DNA of 9,760 nucleotides from Octopus sinensis (Eukaryota). Every line of letters begins with the position of its first letter. Position 1 is the first letter of the stretch. The notes under the pieces were generated by a model that saw only the letters and a list, made by a program, of their open reading frames with translations, ran no database searches and was not told the DNA's origin. Below are positions 8,474 through 9,760 of the stretch, piece after piece. The stretch covers positions 1 through 9,760 of the forward strand of contig NW_021827851.1 of NCBI RefSeq assembly GCF_006345805.1, in the 5' to 3' direction. The translations under genes were made by a program, and so were the position numbers.

Positions 8474-8803
8474 ATATTAAAATGTCAAAGTCTCTCTACG
8501 GCAGCGGTACTGGAAATCAACAGTTATCGCCAAGCTAATATGGCAAATAAAGGGCAAATACTCTGAAACATACCGGGAGATACCTGACCAGCAAGGGGAA
8601 GCGGCTGACCTCCCCTGTTCGAAGGTTATAATGGACACAGGTTCGTGTGTCATATAGCTAACTAGAGGCGGTGGCCTCTTGGAGTAATCAACGGCAGCTT
8701 TAGTCTTATATTATGGACTGCCATCAGATTAGCTTTGGCGATAACTGTAGTTTCCCGTACCGCTGCCGTAGTCTCCTTTAGAGAGACTTAGAAATTTTAA
8801 TAT
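8474..8803. mobile_element. MITE/foldback-like element with ~70-85 bp imperfect terminal inverted repeats; superfamily unassigned
   Basis: 8474-8545 (ATATTAAAATGTCAAAGTCTCTCTACGGCAGCGGTAC...ACAGTTATCGCCAAGCTAATATGGCA) is the reverse complement of 8719-8803 apart from a few substitutions and indels. No coding capacity. Confidence 0.7.
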
Positions 8804-8868
8804 ATGTGTATATATATATATATATATAATATATATATATATATATTAGTATATATATATACATATAT
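8804..8868 (+). repeat. Interrupted (TA)n microsatellite
   Basis: Direct dinucleotide run. Confidence 0.92.
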
Positions 8869-8871
8869 AGA

Positions 8872-9260
8872 AGTCACACAAATGCCAGAACGGGCGCAAC
8901 TGCGTAGTACCAAGGACTCCAAATTTGCCATCAAGATGTAGGACAAGATATTGTGATAGCCTGGGCTTCAGAGGCCCACAGCTCTTCAATATCCTCCCGA
9001 AGAACCTGAGGGACCTGCATGGTGTAGATGCGGATGTCTTTAAAGTAGGACTGGATCGCTTTCCTGTCAGGTGTCCCGGATGAACCAACTTCACGGCAGG
9101 AGGTGCAGATGAGGGCAGCGGCATCGAAACTCTCATGCATCAGATGGCGTTTGCTAAAAAGCATCCGTGAGGTAAAATCGTGTAGCAAACCAAATGGCGG
9201 TGCCCCAGCATGGCCACAGCTCATTAGCTGAAACTGGAAAAATCAAAATCAAAATCAATC
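8872..9260 (+). mobile_element. 5'-truncated CR1/L2-type LINE 3' end
   Basis: The plus frame from 8877 reads ...RYCDSLGFRGPQLFNILPKNLRDLHGVDADVFKVGLDR, and after a frameshift FLSGVPDEP. The 3' UTR has a hairpin CAGCT-CATT-AGCTG (9217-9230) and an (AAAATC)n tail (9239-9260). Confidence 0.85.
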
Positions 9261-9556
9261 ATACATTTACATATACATGGGTTCACAACGACCTTGAACC
9301 CACAAGAGTAAACAAGAGAGACAGAGACAGGCAGAAACAAGTGAAATGCCCTTGTATTTGAATATTATGCAAATATTCTTTTGAAAAAACTTTTCTTTTA
9401 ATTATTCCAAATTTAATTGTTTTCTATACTTAGAGTTGAAAAAAGTATCAATGACTGAAACCGGAGCTGAAATGTTTTTTTATATAATTATTTTAGCATT
9501 TTCTACCTTGACTTTTTTTTCCATATATTTATATATATATATATTCTCTACTGAAA

Positions 9557-9705
9557 GCACGTAGCCTAGTAGTCAGGGTGTTGCACTCCCGATCGCAAGA
9601 TCGTGGTTTCGATTCCCAGATCGGGTGGTGTGTTGTGTTCTTGAGCACAACTCCTACGACGGAAACCGGGTATCCATACCCCATGTGTCTTGAGACAATA
9701 CTAAC
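9557..9705 (+). mobile_element. Second tRNA-derived SINE family: head plus start of a CORE-like domain, apparently internally deleted
   Basis: A box TAGCCTAGTAG (9562-9572), B-box-like GGTTTCGATTCC (9605-9616), then GTGTTCTTGAGCA (9635-9647). The 3' extent is uncertain. Confidence 0.75.
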
Positions 9706-9760
9706 TTTTATTACTGGAATATAAAACCATAAGAAGATTAAAATGACATTTAAAATTATC

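Noticed and set aside
8168-8748. Three copies of a ~27-bp repeat as a CRISPR array
   Set aside because: Eukaryotic context, spacers far too long, one copy inverted, and no cas genes.
8846-9224. Minus-strand ORFs 8846-9136 and 8931-9224
   Set aside because: They are antisense shadows of the CR1/L2-type fragment.
9557-9625. Genuine tRNA gene
   Set aside because: A and B boxes are present but there is no closed cloverleaf, and the sequence continues into a SINE body.

Overview
Eukaryotic, repeat-saturated, apparently non-genic DNA. The SINE family and dense TA/TG/GATA/CATA microsatellites suggest a cephalopod (Octopus-like) genome, which is inference from family recognition. No intact host gene is visible. 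The centrepiece is a near-full-length, decayed Penelope-like retroelement of the Naiad type on the minus strand (ORF 7858->5299). It carries an N-terminal domain, an RT with YRDD, a Cys-rich motif and a C-terminal GIY-YIG endonuclease, is broken by 4 in-frame stops and 3 frameshifts, and has unusual Asn-rich insertions and a SINE in its presumed 3' region. Around it lie decayed fragments of other retroelements: a gag-like CCHC ORF1, a tandem C2H2 region, an RLE-type (R4-like) LINE and a CR1/L2-type 3' end. There are also three tRNA-derived SINE pieces, one good and two weak hammerhead-ribozyme candidates, and a nested inverted-repeat, hairpin-rich element at 8168-8803 that I cannot assign to a known family.
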